Source: a virus
DNA: 64,000 nucleotides
Direction: 5' to 3' (one strand)
IMG/VR virus record: IMGVR_UViG_3300017757_000001
The notes beneath the pieces are model-generated. The model saw only the letters and a list, made by a program, of their open reading frames with translations. It was not told the DNA's origin and made no database searches. Below, one piece after another: positions 56,201 through 64,000 of the stretch. The translations under genes were made by a program, and so were the position numbers. Position 1 is the first letter of the stretch, and every line of letters begins with the position of its first letter.

Positions 56201-57835
56201 TTAATACATACCAGGCATTACTGCATCTGGTGTTGGATCTTTTTTATCTGGGTGAGGTACTACAACACATTCTGTTAAAAGTATAGTTCCTGCTACAGAT
56301 GCAGCATTTTCTAATGCGGTTCTTGTTACTTTTGATGGATCTATAATACCATCTTCTTTCATATCAACAACTTTACCTTTCTTAAGATTATATCCTGACC
56401 AGCAATCATTTCCAGATTCTACTAATTCATATCTTCCTAACATTTGAGCTTGAACTGAATCCCATCCAGCATTAATTAAAATTTGTTCAAATGGTTTACC
56501 ACATGCTTTATATACAATACCTGATCCAATACCTTCATCATGATCAATAGATTCACGTGCATATAATAATGCTGTACCTCCACCAGGAACAATACCTTCT
56601 TCTAATGCTGCTTTTGTTGCATTTAAAGCATCATCAACTCTATCTTTTGTTTCTTTCATAGCTGTTTCAGTATGACCACCAACATGAATAATTGAAACAC
56701 CTCCTACCATTTTAGCTAAACGATTTTGAAGTTGTTCTCTTTCAAATGGTGATTTTGCATTATCAGCTTGGGTTTGTAATTCTTCACATCTTTTTTCAAT
56801 TTCTGTTGTTCCACCTTTACCATCAATAATAGTTGTTTTATCTTTTGAAATAGTAACAGCACGTGCTTCACCAAACCAATCCCAAGAAAATTTATCTAAT
56901 TTCATTCCCTTGTTCTTATCATAAACTACACCTCCAGTTAAAGCTGCTATATCTTCCATTATTAATTTTCTTCTATCTCCAAAGTCAGGAGCTTTAATAG
57001 CAGCTACTTTAATAGTACCTCTACTTTTATTTACAATTAAAGTTGCTAGAGCTTCATTATCAATATCTTCAGCTATAATCAATAAAGATTTTCCTGTTTT
57101 TGAAACACCTTCTAAAATTGGCAATAATTCTTTCACTGTTGTAAATCTTGTATCAGCTATTAAAATATAAGGTTCATCTAATGTACAAGTCATAGTATTA
57201 TTATCAGTAACAAAGAAATGGGATTTATATCCTCTATCAATTTGCATTCCTTCTACTGTTTCTAAGTATGTGTCACCTGATTTAGATTCTTCAATATGAA
57301 CAACTCCATCTTTACCTACTTTTTCAATTGCAGTTGAAATTAATTTACCTACTTCTGGGTCATTATTAGCTGATATTGTAGCTACTTGTTCTAATTGATC
57401 TTCATTAGATATATCTTCAGAAATTTTATTTCTTAAAGAATCTACTACAGTTTTTACAGCACTATCAATACCTCTTTTTATTTCAACAGCATTAGCCCCA
57501 TTATCTAAATGTTGTAATCCTTCCTTTACCATAGCACGAGCTAATAAAGTTGATGTTGTTGTACCATCACCAGCTTTATCTGCAGTAGCTGTTGCGGCTG
57601 ATTTTACTAAAGCCGCACCTAATTCTTTGATATTACCATCTACATTTATATGTTTTGCTACTGATACCCCATCTTTAGTTGAAACGGGTTCTTGTCCTGG
57701 GTAGTGAATAACTACATTTCTACCATTTGGTCCTAGAGTTGATACTACTGCATCTGCTAAAGTATCAATACCTTCCATCATTTCTTTTCTTGCTGATGGT
57801 CCTAATTTTATTTGTTTTCTTAAGTCGTGTGCCAT
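56201..57835 (-). CDS. groL: Chaperonin GroEL
   Basis: TLGPNGRNV, KDGVSVA, GDGTTT, KAPDFGDRRK, GIVPGGG, GIIDP. Confidence 0.97.
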   Translation of the reverse strand: MAHDLRKQIKLGPSARKEMMEGIDTLADAVVSTLGPNGRNVVIHYPGQEPVSTKDGVSVAKHINVDGNIKELGAALVKSAATATADKAGDGTTTSTLLARAMVKEGLQHLDNGANAVEIKRGIDSAVKTVVDSLRNKISEDISNEDQLEQVATISANNDPEVGKLISTAIEKVGKDGVVHIEESKSGDTYLETVEGMQIDRGYKSHFFVTDNNTMTCTLDEPYILIADTRFTTVKELLPILEGVSKTGKSLLIIAEDIDNEALATLIVNKSRGTIKVAAIKAPDFGDRRKLIMEDIAALTGGVVYDKNKGMKLDKFSWDWFGEARAVTISKDKTTIIDGKGGTTEIEKRCEELQTQADNAKSPFEREQLQNRLAKMVGGVSIIHVGGHTETAMKETKDRVDDALNATKAALEEGIVPGGGTALLYARESIDHDEGIGSGIVYKACGKPFEQILINAGWDSVQAQMLGRYELVESGNDCWSGYNLKKGKVVDMKEDGIIDPSKVTRTALENAASVAGTILLTECVVVPHPDKKDPTPDAVMPGMY

Positions 57836-57838
57836 TTT

Positions 57839-58129
57839 TTATTTATTTAATTTTGCTAATATTTGATTTTCAGGTCCTACCCAATATTCTTCCCCTTCAT
57901 GATCTATTTTTGTAAATCCCATTGTAGGAACAATAACTTCATCTCCAACTTTTAGAATAGTTTCAACTAAAACTCCTTGATGGGTATGTTGCCCAGGTCC
58001 TACAGCTACTACAACTGCATTATGATTTTTTTCTTTACCTACATCAGGTACTACTATAGAACCATATTGTTCTTCTTCTCGTTCTATAGGTTTTACTATA
58101 ACTGCATTATAAATTGCTTCTAATTTCAT
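57839..58129 (-). CDS. groS: Co-chaperonin GroES
   Basis: VIVKP, GSIVVPD..KEK, VVAVGPG, KVGDEV, ILA. Confidence 0.95.
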   Translation of the reverse strand: MKLEAIYNAVIVKPIEREEEQYGSIVVPDVGKEKNHNAVVVAVGPGQHTHQGVLVETILKVGDEVIVPTMGFTKIDHEGEEYWVGPENQILAKLNK

Positions 58130-58132
58130 TGT

Positions 58133-58438
58133 TTATTTATTTATATTATCTTCGATTGATACTAATTTTGTAATTTTTTCTTGAATTTTACTCCACTCTT
58201 CAATATAAGATAGTACACTATTATATACTTTATCTGTTTCATTTAATTGAGCTTTCATAACTCTTTTTAATGCCGCTCCAAAATCAGAATAATGTCCTAC
58301 AGGTTTTTCATAATCTTTACCTTCACTACCTTTTTCTAAATATTTTGCTTGGGGAGTAATTACTTCATACACTGTGTAACAGTGTGCATCTTTTCCTATA
58401 TAAAAAGGTTCTAATGCAGGGTCTTTAATAATTGTCAT
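58133..58438 (-). CDS. Hypothetical protein
   Basis: ORF track; promoter at about 58458-58490. Confidence 0.6.
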   Translation of the reverse strand: MTIIKDPALEPFYIGKDAHCYTVYEVITPQAKYLEKGSEGKDYEKPVGHYSDFGAALKRVMKAQLNETDKVYNSVLSYIEEWSKIQEKITKLVSIEDNINK

Positions 58439-58508
58439 ATAACTTTTTTTTGTTTACGTAAATATACGTAAGATTAATAACTAAACCAACCTAAGGGCGC
58501 AATTTAGG

Positions 58509-58928
58509 TTAGTTGATTTTTAAAACTTTTGGCTTAGATTCTTCTGCAAATGGAACTGATACTATCAGTAAACCATCTCTAAAAGATGCTTTTGCCTTAC
58601 TTAATTGATATTTAGTACCTACTTTATACCCTAACTGGAATGAGCGTTTTGCTACTCCTTGATGGATATAATTTCGGTTCTGAACATCTGGGGATTTTTT
58701 CTTGTCATAATTAAAGCTGATTAAATCTCCTTCAAGTTTAATTTCAATTGCTTCTTTGGAAATACCAGTGCAAGCAACCTCAAAGGTTAAACCTAAATCA
58801 TCTTCAAAAATGTCTATTGGGTGTTGTTGTTTAGCTTCTATAGCTGGAACGAATTGTGTTTCCGTATCAAATAAATTTCGAAATAATAGATCAAACGGAT
58901 GTGATCTCTCTAAAAAATGTGTACTCAT
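58509..58928 (-). CDS. Small heat-shock protein (Hsp20/IbpA-like)
   Basis: HPIDIFE, EVACTG, YIHQGVAKRSF, A.FRDGLL.V; start probably MSTHF. Confidence 0.9.
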   Translation of the reverse strand: MSTHFLERSHPFDLLFRNLFDTETQFVPAIEAKQQHPIDIFEDDLGLTFEVACTGISKEAIEIKLEGDLISFNYDKKKSPDVQNRNYIHQGVAKRSFQLGYKVGTKYQLSKAKASFRDGLLIVSVPFAEESKPKVLKIN

Positions 58929-59014
58929 ATCACTTTGTTTTTGTGCTGTCATAAGATCAGCGATTAATAATTAAAATAAAATATGCGCCCTAAGGTCAAT
59001 TTATAATACATATA

Positions 59015-59950
59015 TTAAGATTTAGAAAATATTAAAGTTCCCATTCCTCTTTCTTGGTCAGGAATGGAGGGTTGTTTTATACTAAATCCTAATGCTAACA
59101 TTCTATCTATAATATTATGAATATTATTTTCTCCTTTACCATTAAAATGATATTCTAAATACATTCCTCTTAACTGTTTAAGGAATTTATCTGAGGATGA
59201 TTCTAAAAATTTGTATTCTTCTCCTTCAATATCACATTTAATATATGTTGGAGGTAACAAATTATAATCATTAATATATTTTTCTAAATTTATACATTTT
59301 ACTTTAATAGGAGTATAATTTTCTTTAAATTGAATACTATTACATACTGAATTATGCCAAGTGTAAAACGTAATATCTTTTTCTTTATCTGAAATTGCTT
59401 TTTCTATAATACTTACATTGTTATCCCATTTAAATGTTTCTTTCATATATGATACATTTTTAGGTGTAGGTTCAATAGCATATACTTGTTTTACATTTTG
59501 AGACACAGCCCACATAGTATATATTCCATAATTTGCTCCTAGATCATAAACTACATCATCTTTTCTTAAATTTGTATACTCTTCATTTCCATCCCACTTT
59601 TCATTATGGAATAACTCTGCAAACATTTCATAAGTTGATTCCCCTATATAAGTTTCAAATCTATAAGTTAAATCTAATTTTTTATATTGAAATTTTTTAG
59701 AAAAAACCATTTTACCATCATAATAAGCCTCCATTTCAAATCCTGATGGATGTGGGGATTTCCAATAATTTTCTGGTGCAAAATAAGCCACAGAAGATGC
59801 TCCATTAAAATGAGTATAAAAGTCTATACAACCTAAATTAGTATTTAAATCTCTACCCCTCCATTGAATTCTAATATTATCATTTCCATCATAATATTGC
59901 ATGAATTCATTGTTTTCTCTATTATAGGTTAATTTTAATTTTCCTTCCAT
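59015..59950 (-). CDS. FkbM-family methyltransferase
   Basis: VVYDLGANYG, YAIEP, IKCDIEGEE, EYH. Confidence 0.85.
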   Translation of the reverse strand: MEGKLKLTYNRENNEFMQYYDGNDNIRIQWRGRDLNTNLGCIDFYTHFNGASSVAYFAPENYWKSPHPSGFEMEAYYDGKMVFSKKFQYKKLDLTYRFETYIGESTYEMFAELFHNEKWDGNEEYTNLRKDDVVYDLGANYGIYTMWAVSQNVKQVYAIEPTPKNVSYMKETFKWDNNVSIIEKAISDKEKDITFYTWHNSVCNSIQFKENYTPIKVKCINLEKYINDYNLLPPTYIKCDIEGEEYKFLESSSDKFLKQLRGMYLEYHFNGKGENNIHNIIDRMLALGFSIKQPSIPDQERGMGTLIFSKS

Positions 59951-59952
59951 TA

Positions 59953-60687
59953 TTAAAATTCTGTTTCTGCTTTTCGTAACATATAATATTCACTATTAAT
60001 ATCTTCTGATTCAAATTTAAAACCAATTAAACCCATACTACTTAAAGTTAATTTACCACCACCCATATCTTTATTTGAATGTAATATAGTTTTAAACATA
60101 TCTGAATTAAAAGGTATTTTTAATCCTTCTTCTTTAATATTACCTAATATTTGATATGTTATTTTATTATTGTGTCCTGATTCATCTCCAAATACAAATT
60201 CACAAACATCTTCACCATCTAAATTTTTAGTTGTAGTAACTAACATATTATCTACTCCAGATAGTGCACTTTTAGCTTTTATTAAATTTTCAACATCATC
60301 TGGTGTTAAATCTAATTCTACAACCCATTCAGGTATATTAACTGTTCCTACCTTACCTATTAATAAATGATCAGATAAAGCATATGTTAAATTAAAATTT
60401 AAATCTGATAGTTTTAACTTAGTAAATACTTGGTTCGTTTTTTCTAATTCTAGTAATAAATCACCATTACATATACTTACTAAACTTGTTAATTTTTTAG
60501 TATCATATATAGCTAATTTACTATCTTCTAACGGAAAATTATTACATGAAACCTTACCAATAACTTCTCTTGTAGGAGACATAAAATCAACCTCTAATTT
60601 ATTATTTTCAATAATCCATTTTACAGATTCATTTGTGTTTAAGTAATACTTACTTATTATTGATTGTACTATTGTTTTATTTATCAT
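59953..60687 (-). CDS. Sliding clamp (T4 gp45-like)
   Basis: LAIYDT..L, FNSDMF, F......EYY; 244 aa; adjacent to the polymerase. Confidence 0.7.
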   Translation of the reverse strand: MINKTIVQSIISKYYLNTNESVKWIIENNKLEVDFMSPTREVIGKVSCNNFPLEDSKLAIYDTKKLTSLVSICNGDLLLELEKTNQVFTKLKLSDLNFNLTYALSDHLLIGKVGTVNIPEWVVELDLTPDDVENLIKAKSALSGVDNMLVTTTKNLDGEDVCEFVFGDESGHNNKITYQILGNIKEEGLKIPFNSDMFKTILHSNKDMGGGKLTLSSMGLIGFKFESEDINSEYYMLRKAETEF

Positions 60688-61616
60688 ATGTTAAAAAATA
60701 TTTGTTGGTATGGATTTAAATTTAAAGTCCACCCTAAATCATTATAAAAACCTTCTAATTTATTAAGCAAAATAGATTCGAATATTTTCTTTCTATCAGC
60801 ATATTGCTCGATGAATATACGAATTTTTTCTGGAATATCCCACTCTAGGAAAGCAATAGCATCAATTTGGTATGGGTTGGGTTTCATATAAATCCACTTA
60901 ATTTTACTACCTTGAGTTATATAATTATGTTTTTTATCTAGTCCCCAAAATCTAAGTAAATCATTATAAATGATTGAAGCTTTAACAGCTGCTGGTGCCC
61001 CTTTTCCTATTACAGAAAACATTTCTCCTGATCTTGCTTTACGTTCTGTATATTTATTTAATTTTTTAACAGCCTGAGGATTTCCTAATTTTTCAAGAGG
61101 AATAGTTCCATCTAATATTTGTTTTTTAAAGGATGATAATCTATCATCTATTTCAGTTTGTTTAGAACCTTTTAATACATCAACTAAAACATCATGGAAA
61201 AATTTACCTAAAATTGGTGGGAAATTAGCTTTTTTAAATTCTAAACCTTTAACATCTAATGATTCTTTTGTAATACCTTCTTGTTTAGTAATCCACTGTG
61301 CATATCTTCTTGTTGCCCTAAAGTAAGCAGCTCTAATTACACATTCAGTTTTCATCTCTAATCTATGTTTGCCTTTAGCATTAAAACAATTAATAGCTAA
61401 ATCATCATAAGAATCAGTAATAATATCCTGATATTTTAATGCGATTTCTTCTAATTTATCATCTTTTTCTTCACTAGGCATTTCATTAAATGTTGGGTAT
61501 AAATGTCTAAGTAAAGGTTCTGCGTGAATATAAATTGAATCTGTATCAGAGTAGGCTACATAATTTGTATCTTTTTCATCACAAATCCACCAAGGAGTAT
61601 CTTCTAAATGTTTCAT
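60684..61616 (-). CDS. Family B DNA polymerase, C-terminal subunit (motif C, thumb)
   Basis: YSDTDSIY, RRYA, VKGLEFKK. Confidence 0.9.
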   Translation of the reverse strand: MKHLEDTPWWICDEKDTNYVAYSDTDSIYIHAEPLLRHLYPTFNEMPSEEKDDKLEEIALKYQDIITDSYDDLAINCFNAKGKHRLEMKTECVIRAAYFRATRRYAQWITKQEGITKESLDVKGLEFKKANFPPILGKFFHDVLVDVLKGSKQTEIDDRLSSFKKQILDGTIPLEKLGNPQAVKKLNKYTERKARSGEMFSVIGKGAPAAVKASIIYNDLLRFWGLDKKHNYITQGSKIKWIYMKPNPYQIDAIAFLEWDIPEKIRIFIEQYADRKKIFESILLNKLEGFYNDLGWTLNLNPYQQIFFNI

Positions 61617-63295
61617 AATTCTATTCCTTCTTTTATTACTTTATTCATATGTCTATTAGCAGCTAATGCAGATTCCTGTATAATACGTTGTCCACTAAGT
61701 GTTATAGCTTCAGATAAAACAACATTACCATATCTGAAACTACCCAATGCTGTTGCGCCATATAGACTGTTTAATAAAATCTTCATAGTATACTGTTTCA
61801 TATGGTAAGCTCCTCCTAATTCTTTATTTCCTGATTGGAATGCTTTTTTCATTTCATTTTTATACAAAACTCTTTCATCAAACCATTTTTTCAATATAGT
61901 AGATAAAACTGATTCTTTTTCAGTATTAAATAATACCCCATTAGCCGAGACTGATAGATCATTTTGTTCTATCATATTAACTAATCTACCAGCATTAACT
62001 TTAGTTCTACTACGTTTATTATTTTCAACAATTAATTCATTATCTGGTGGCATAAGTTTTAAATCATTTAATCCTAAACGATTATTTCTATCATCAGCAT
62101 CAATAACTCTACCAATCATAGTTTCTTTACCAATATTAATAGTCATTATAATTGAGGGATATAGTGATGTTAAATCTTCATCAAACACATAATTATAAAT
62201 TCCAGCTTTAGGACAAAATAAATAACCTCCTGCATAACCTTTTTTAAACATTGGGTTTCTATCTTTAGCAGGAGGAACAATATCTTGACTTAATAAATAA
62301 GCTGAAATTGCTCCATCTTGTGTTTTAGTATTAGCATATACTTCACTATAATTGTGCTTTCCTTTATGGGCTAAATTTTTAGTTAATGCTAAATAATCTA
62401 ATTTTTCATCTAATTTTTTTAAAATTTCAACATCAACAAAATTATATTTTATAAATTTATGTATATCAGATTCAAATAAATCATCTAAATTACCTTCATA
62501 TTCAATTTTATTCATACCAACATACTTTTCTCCAATAGCATCTAATCTCATTGATGGTTCATCTGCCCAACTATATTTTTTATGTAAACGCATATAATCC
62601 AAAGATTCAACTCCACAAATCTGAACATATTGATCTTTAAACCATGGAGTTTCTCTTACATAACCTATAGGAGATAAATGTCGTGCAAAATCTTCACCTA
62701 ACACATTACACATTCTATAATAAAGGTAAGGAACATCAAAATAATCACTATTCCATCCTACTATAATGTCAGGATCTATATCTCTAAATTTTTCAAGAAA
62801 TTTAGCAAGTAATTCTTCTTCAGTTCTGCAAGGAATAATTTGTTTATTTCTAGCTTTAGTATGTTTTAATTGATTTTTTGAATCTAAAATAACAATTCCC
62901 CATTCATCTACTTGTTTATCATACCAAGCAATTGATGTTACTCTTTTAGGAGCTGATTTGATATATTCTTCAGTAAGGGCGTCACCCATTTCTGTCTCAA
63001 TATCAAAAAATAATTCTCTATGTGTAGTTGAAGGTGTATCATTAGTTCCATATTTTTCAACTAGAAATTTTTGGTAAGGAGGCATATCATGAAAATGAAG
63101 TTTGGTATTATCTGATTTCCAATTTGCTGTCTTCTTTAAAGGTTCACCATTCAAACCAGTATGTGTAGAGTCAGCTTCATGACATTCAATATAAGCCTTA
63201 TTAGTCCATTCTACTTTAGAATACCCACTATCTTCCCATAAGTGTACTAAAAAATTATTTCCTTTAAGGCGTCTTGCAAAAGCCTTTTTATACAT
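61613..63295 (-). CDS. Family B DNA polymerase, N-terminal subunit (exonuclease, motifs A and B)
   Basis: FDIET, GWNSDYFDVPY, YNFVDV, DLTSLYPSII, KILLNSLYG, ITLSGQ. Confidence 0.92.
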   Translation of the reverse strand: MYKKAFARRLKGNNFLVHLWEDSGYSKVEWTNKAYIECHEADSTHTGLNGEPLKKTANWKSDNTKLHFHDMPPYQKFLVEKYGTNDTPSTTHRELFFDIETEMGDALTEEYIKSAPKRVTSIAWYDKQVDEWGIVILDSKNQLKHTKARNKQIIPCRTEEELLAKFLEKFRDIDPDIIVGWNSDYFDVPYLYYRMCNVLGEDFARHLSPIGYVRETPWFKDQYVQICGVESLDYMRLHKKYSWADEPSMRLDAIGEKYVGMNKIEYEGNLDDLFESDIHKFIKYNFVDVEILKKLDEKLDYLALTKNLAHKGKHNYSEVYANTKTQDGAISAYLLSQDIVPPAKDRNPMFKKGYAGGYLFCPKAGIYNYVFDEDLTSLYPSIIMTINIGKETMIGRVIDADDRNNRLGLNDLKLMPPDNELIVENNKRSRTKVNAGRLVNMIEQNDLSVSANGVLFNTEKESVLSTILKKWFDERVLYKNEMKKAFQSGNKELGGAYHMKQYTMKILLNSLYGATALGSFRYGNVVLSEAITLSGQRIIQESALAANRHMNKVIKEGIEL

Positions 63296-63869
63296 TTCTT
63301 AATTCTTTATCTGTGAAGAATTGTTTCAAATCAGGTCTAAAGTAATTTACGGATTTCATTACTTTTCTGTCACGTGTTCTATAAACAACATAACGATCCC
63401 CAACTTGTTCCCAATGACAAGGTTCACCCTGTTCTTTAGCACGTTGAGTTACTGTTAATTCAGCCTCTGCTTCATCAACACAAGATTTAGACATATTAGA
63501 ATCTTGTACTTCTTTATATGCTTTCCAAATATGACCTTTTAAACCATGTAACATAGTTCCATTACCTAATGAAACATAAGCTATATCACATAGAGCATCT
63601 AGTACTTCTACAATATCACCTTTTTCACATGCTTCTTTATATTCTGCTAATTCTTCTTGAATAAAATCATAAACAAACATCCATTCATTTTTTGGTGGAA
63701 TTGTAGGGTGGTAATTATTAGGTTTACCAAATGTTTCATTAAATTCTTCTACTTCATTTACAAATGGTACATTCCAGTATTTACTACTTAGTTTAGCATC
63801 CATTGTTGATTCATTGTAAGCATCTACTTGCAAATCATCTTCTTCATTAAATTTTACTTTTTTACTCAT
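63288..63869 (-). CDS. MazG-like NTP pyrophosphohydrolase
   Basis: V.EFNETF, IQEELAEY, EVLDALCDIAYV, EVQDSNMSK, KVMK. Confidence 0.85.
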   Translation of the reverse strand: MSKKVKFNEEDDLQVDAYNESTMDAKLSSKYWNVPFVNEVEEFNETFGKPNNYHPTIPPKNEWMFVYDFIQEELAEYKEACEKGDIVEVLDALCDIAYVSLGNGTMLHGLKGHIWKAYKEVQDSNMSKSCVDEAEAELTVTQRAKEQGEPCHWEQVGDRYVVYRTRDRKVMKSVNYFRPDLKQFFTDKELRNV

Positions 63870-63880
63870 AACTATTAATT

Positions 63881-64000
63881 TTAAATATGGATTCCTCCGT
63901 TATTAATTTTTAAACTATCAAAAAATTCTTGTCTTGCATCATTTCCATTATGTCTAAATACTCCAGATGCTTTTGTTGTAACCATTGCAGCTCCTGAGTG
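63881..64000 (-). CDS. folE: GTP cyclohydrolase I, C-terminal fragment (runs off the right edge)
   Basis: HSGAAMVTTKASGVFRHNGNDARQEFF resembles the FolE C-terminus (..VTS..G.F.....R.EF); only 39 aa visible. Confidence 0.65.
   Translation of the reverse strand, partial: HSGAAMVTTKASGVFRHNGNDARQEFFDSLKINNGGIHI

Noticed and set aside
61560-61680. Intron or intein at the polymerase split
   Set aside because: ORFs overlap by ATGA with no spacer; no Cys/His-Asn intein ends or group I core
7420-61808. Plus-strand ORFs in the track (e.g. 7420, 13011, 15384, 19942, 31763, 35165, 35506, 39717, 44841, 52276, 57727, 60170, 61608)
   Set aside because: Antisense shadows of well-supported minus-strand genes, with codon-mirror composition and no motifs

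Overview
An AT-rich segment of a large, T4-like (myovirus) jumbo phage genome, with essentially every real gene on the minus strand. The host is very probably Bacteroidota/Flavobacteriia. Support for that host: Bacteroidota-type promoters (TTTG-N20-TAnnTTTA), a Flavobacterium-like ribosomal protein bS21, T9SS sorting domains and a GE...LAMAA tmRNA tag. In transcription order (right to left) the window contains: (1) the 3' end of FolE, a MazG-like pyrophosphatase, a two-gene split family B DNA polymerase, sliding clamp and clamp loaders, Hsp20/GroES/GroEL, DUF1599 and a Cas4/RecB-like nuclease; (2) a 12 kb NDP-sugar/glycosyltransferase/methyltransferase cluster; (3) an accessory region of about 25 kb with nine copies of a fixed-geometry promoter, a split CCA-adding enzyme plus HD protein, a circularly permuted two-piece tmRNA, envelope proteins (two T9SS-CTD proteins, a beta-barrel, lipoproteins), two non-coding structured islands, bS21 and three tRNA genes, one of them a D-armless tRNA-like RNA with a UAU anticodon; (4) a gp55-like late sigma factor and baseplate genes (gp5-, gp25-, gp6- and gp7-like). 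The most notable observations are the permuted tmRNA and D-armless tRNA within a phage translation-support module, late-promoter-linked T9SS cargo and outer-membrane proteins, and several unannotated regulatory architectures. All calls come from motif recognition by eye; no database searches were run.
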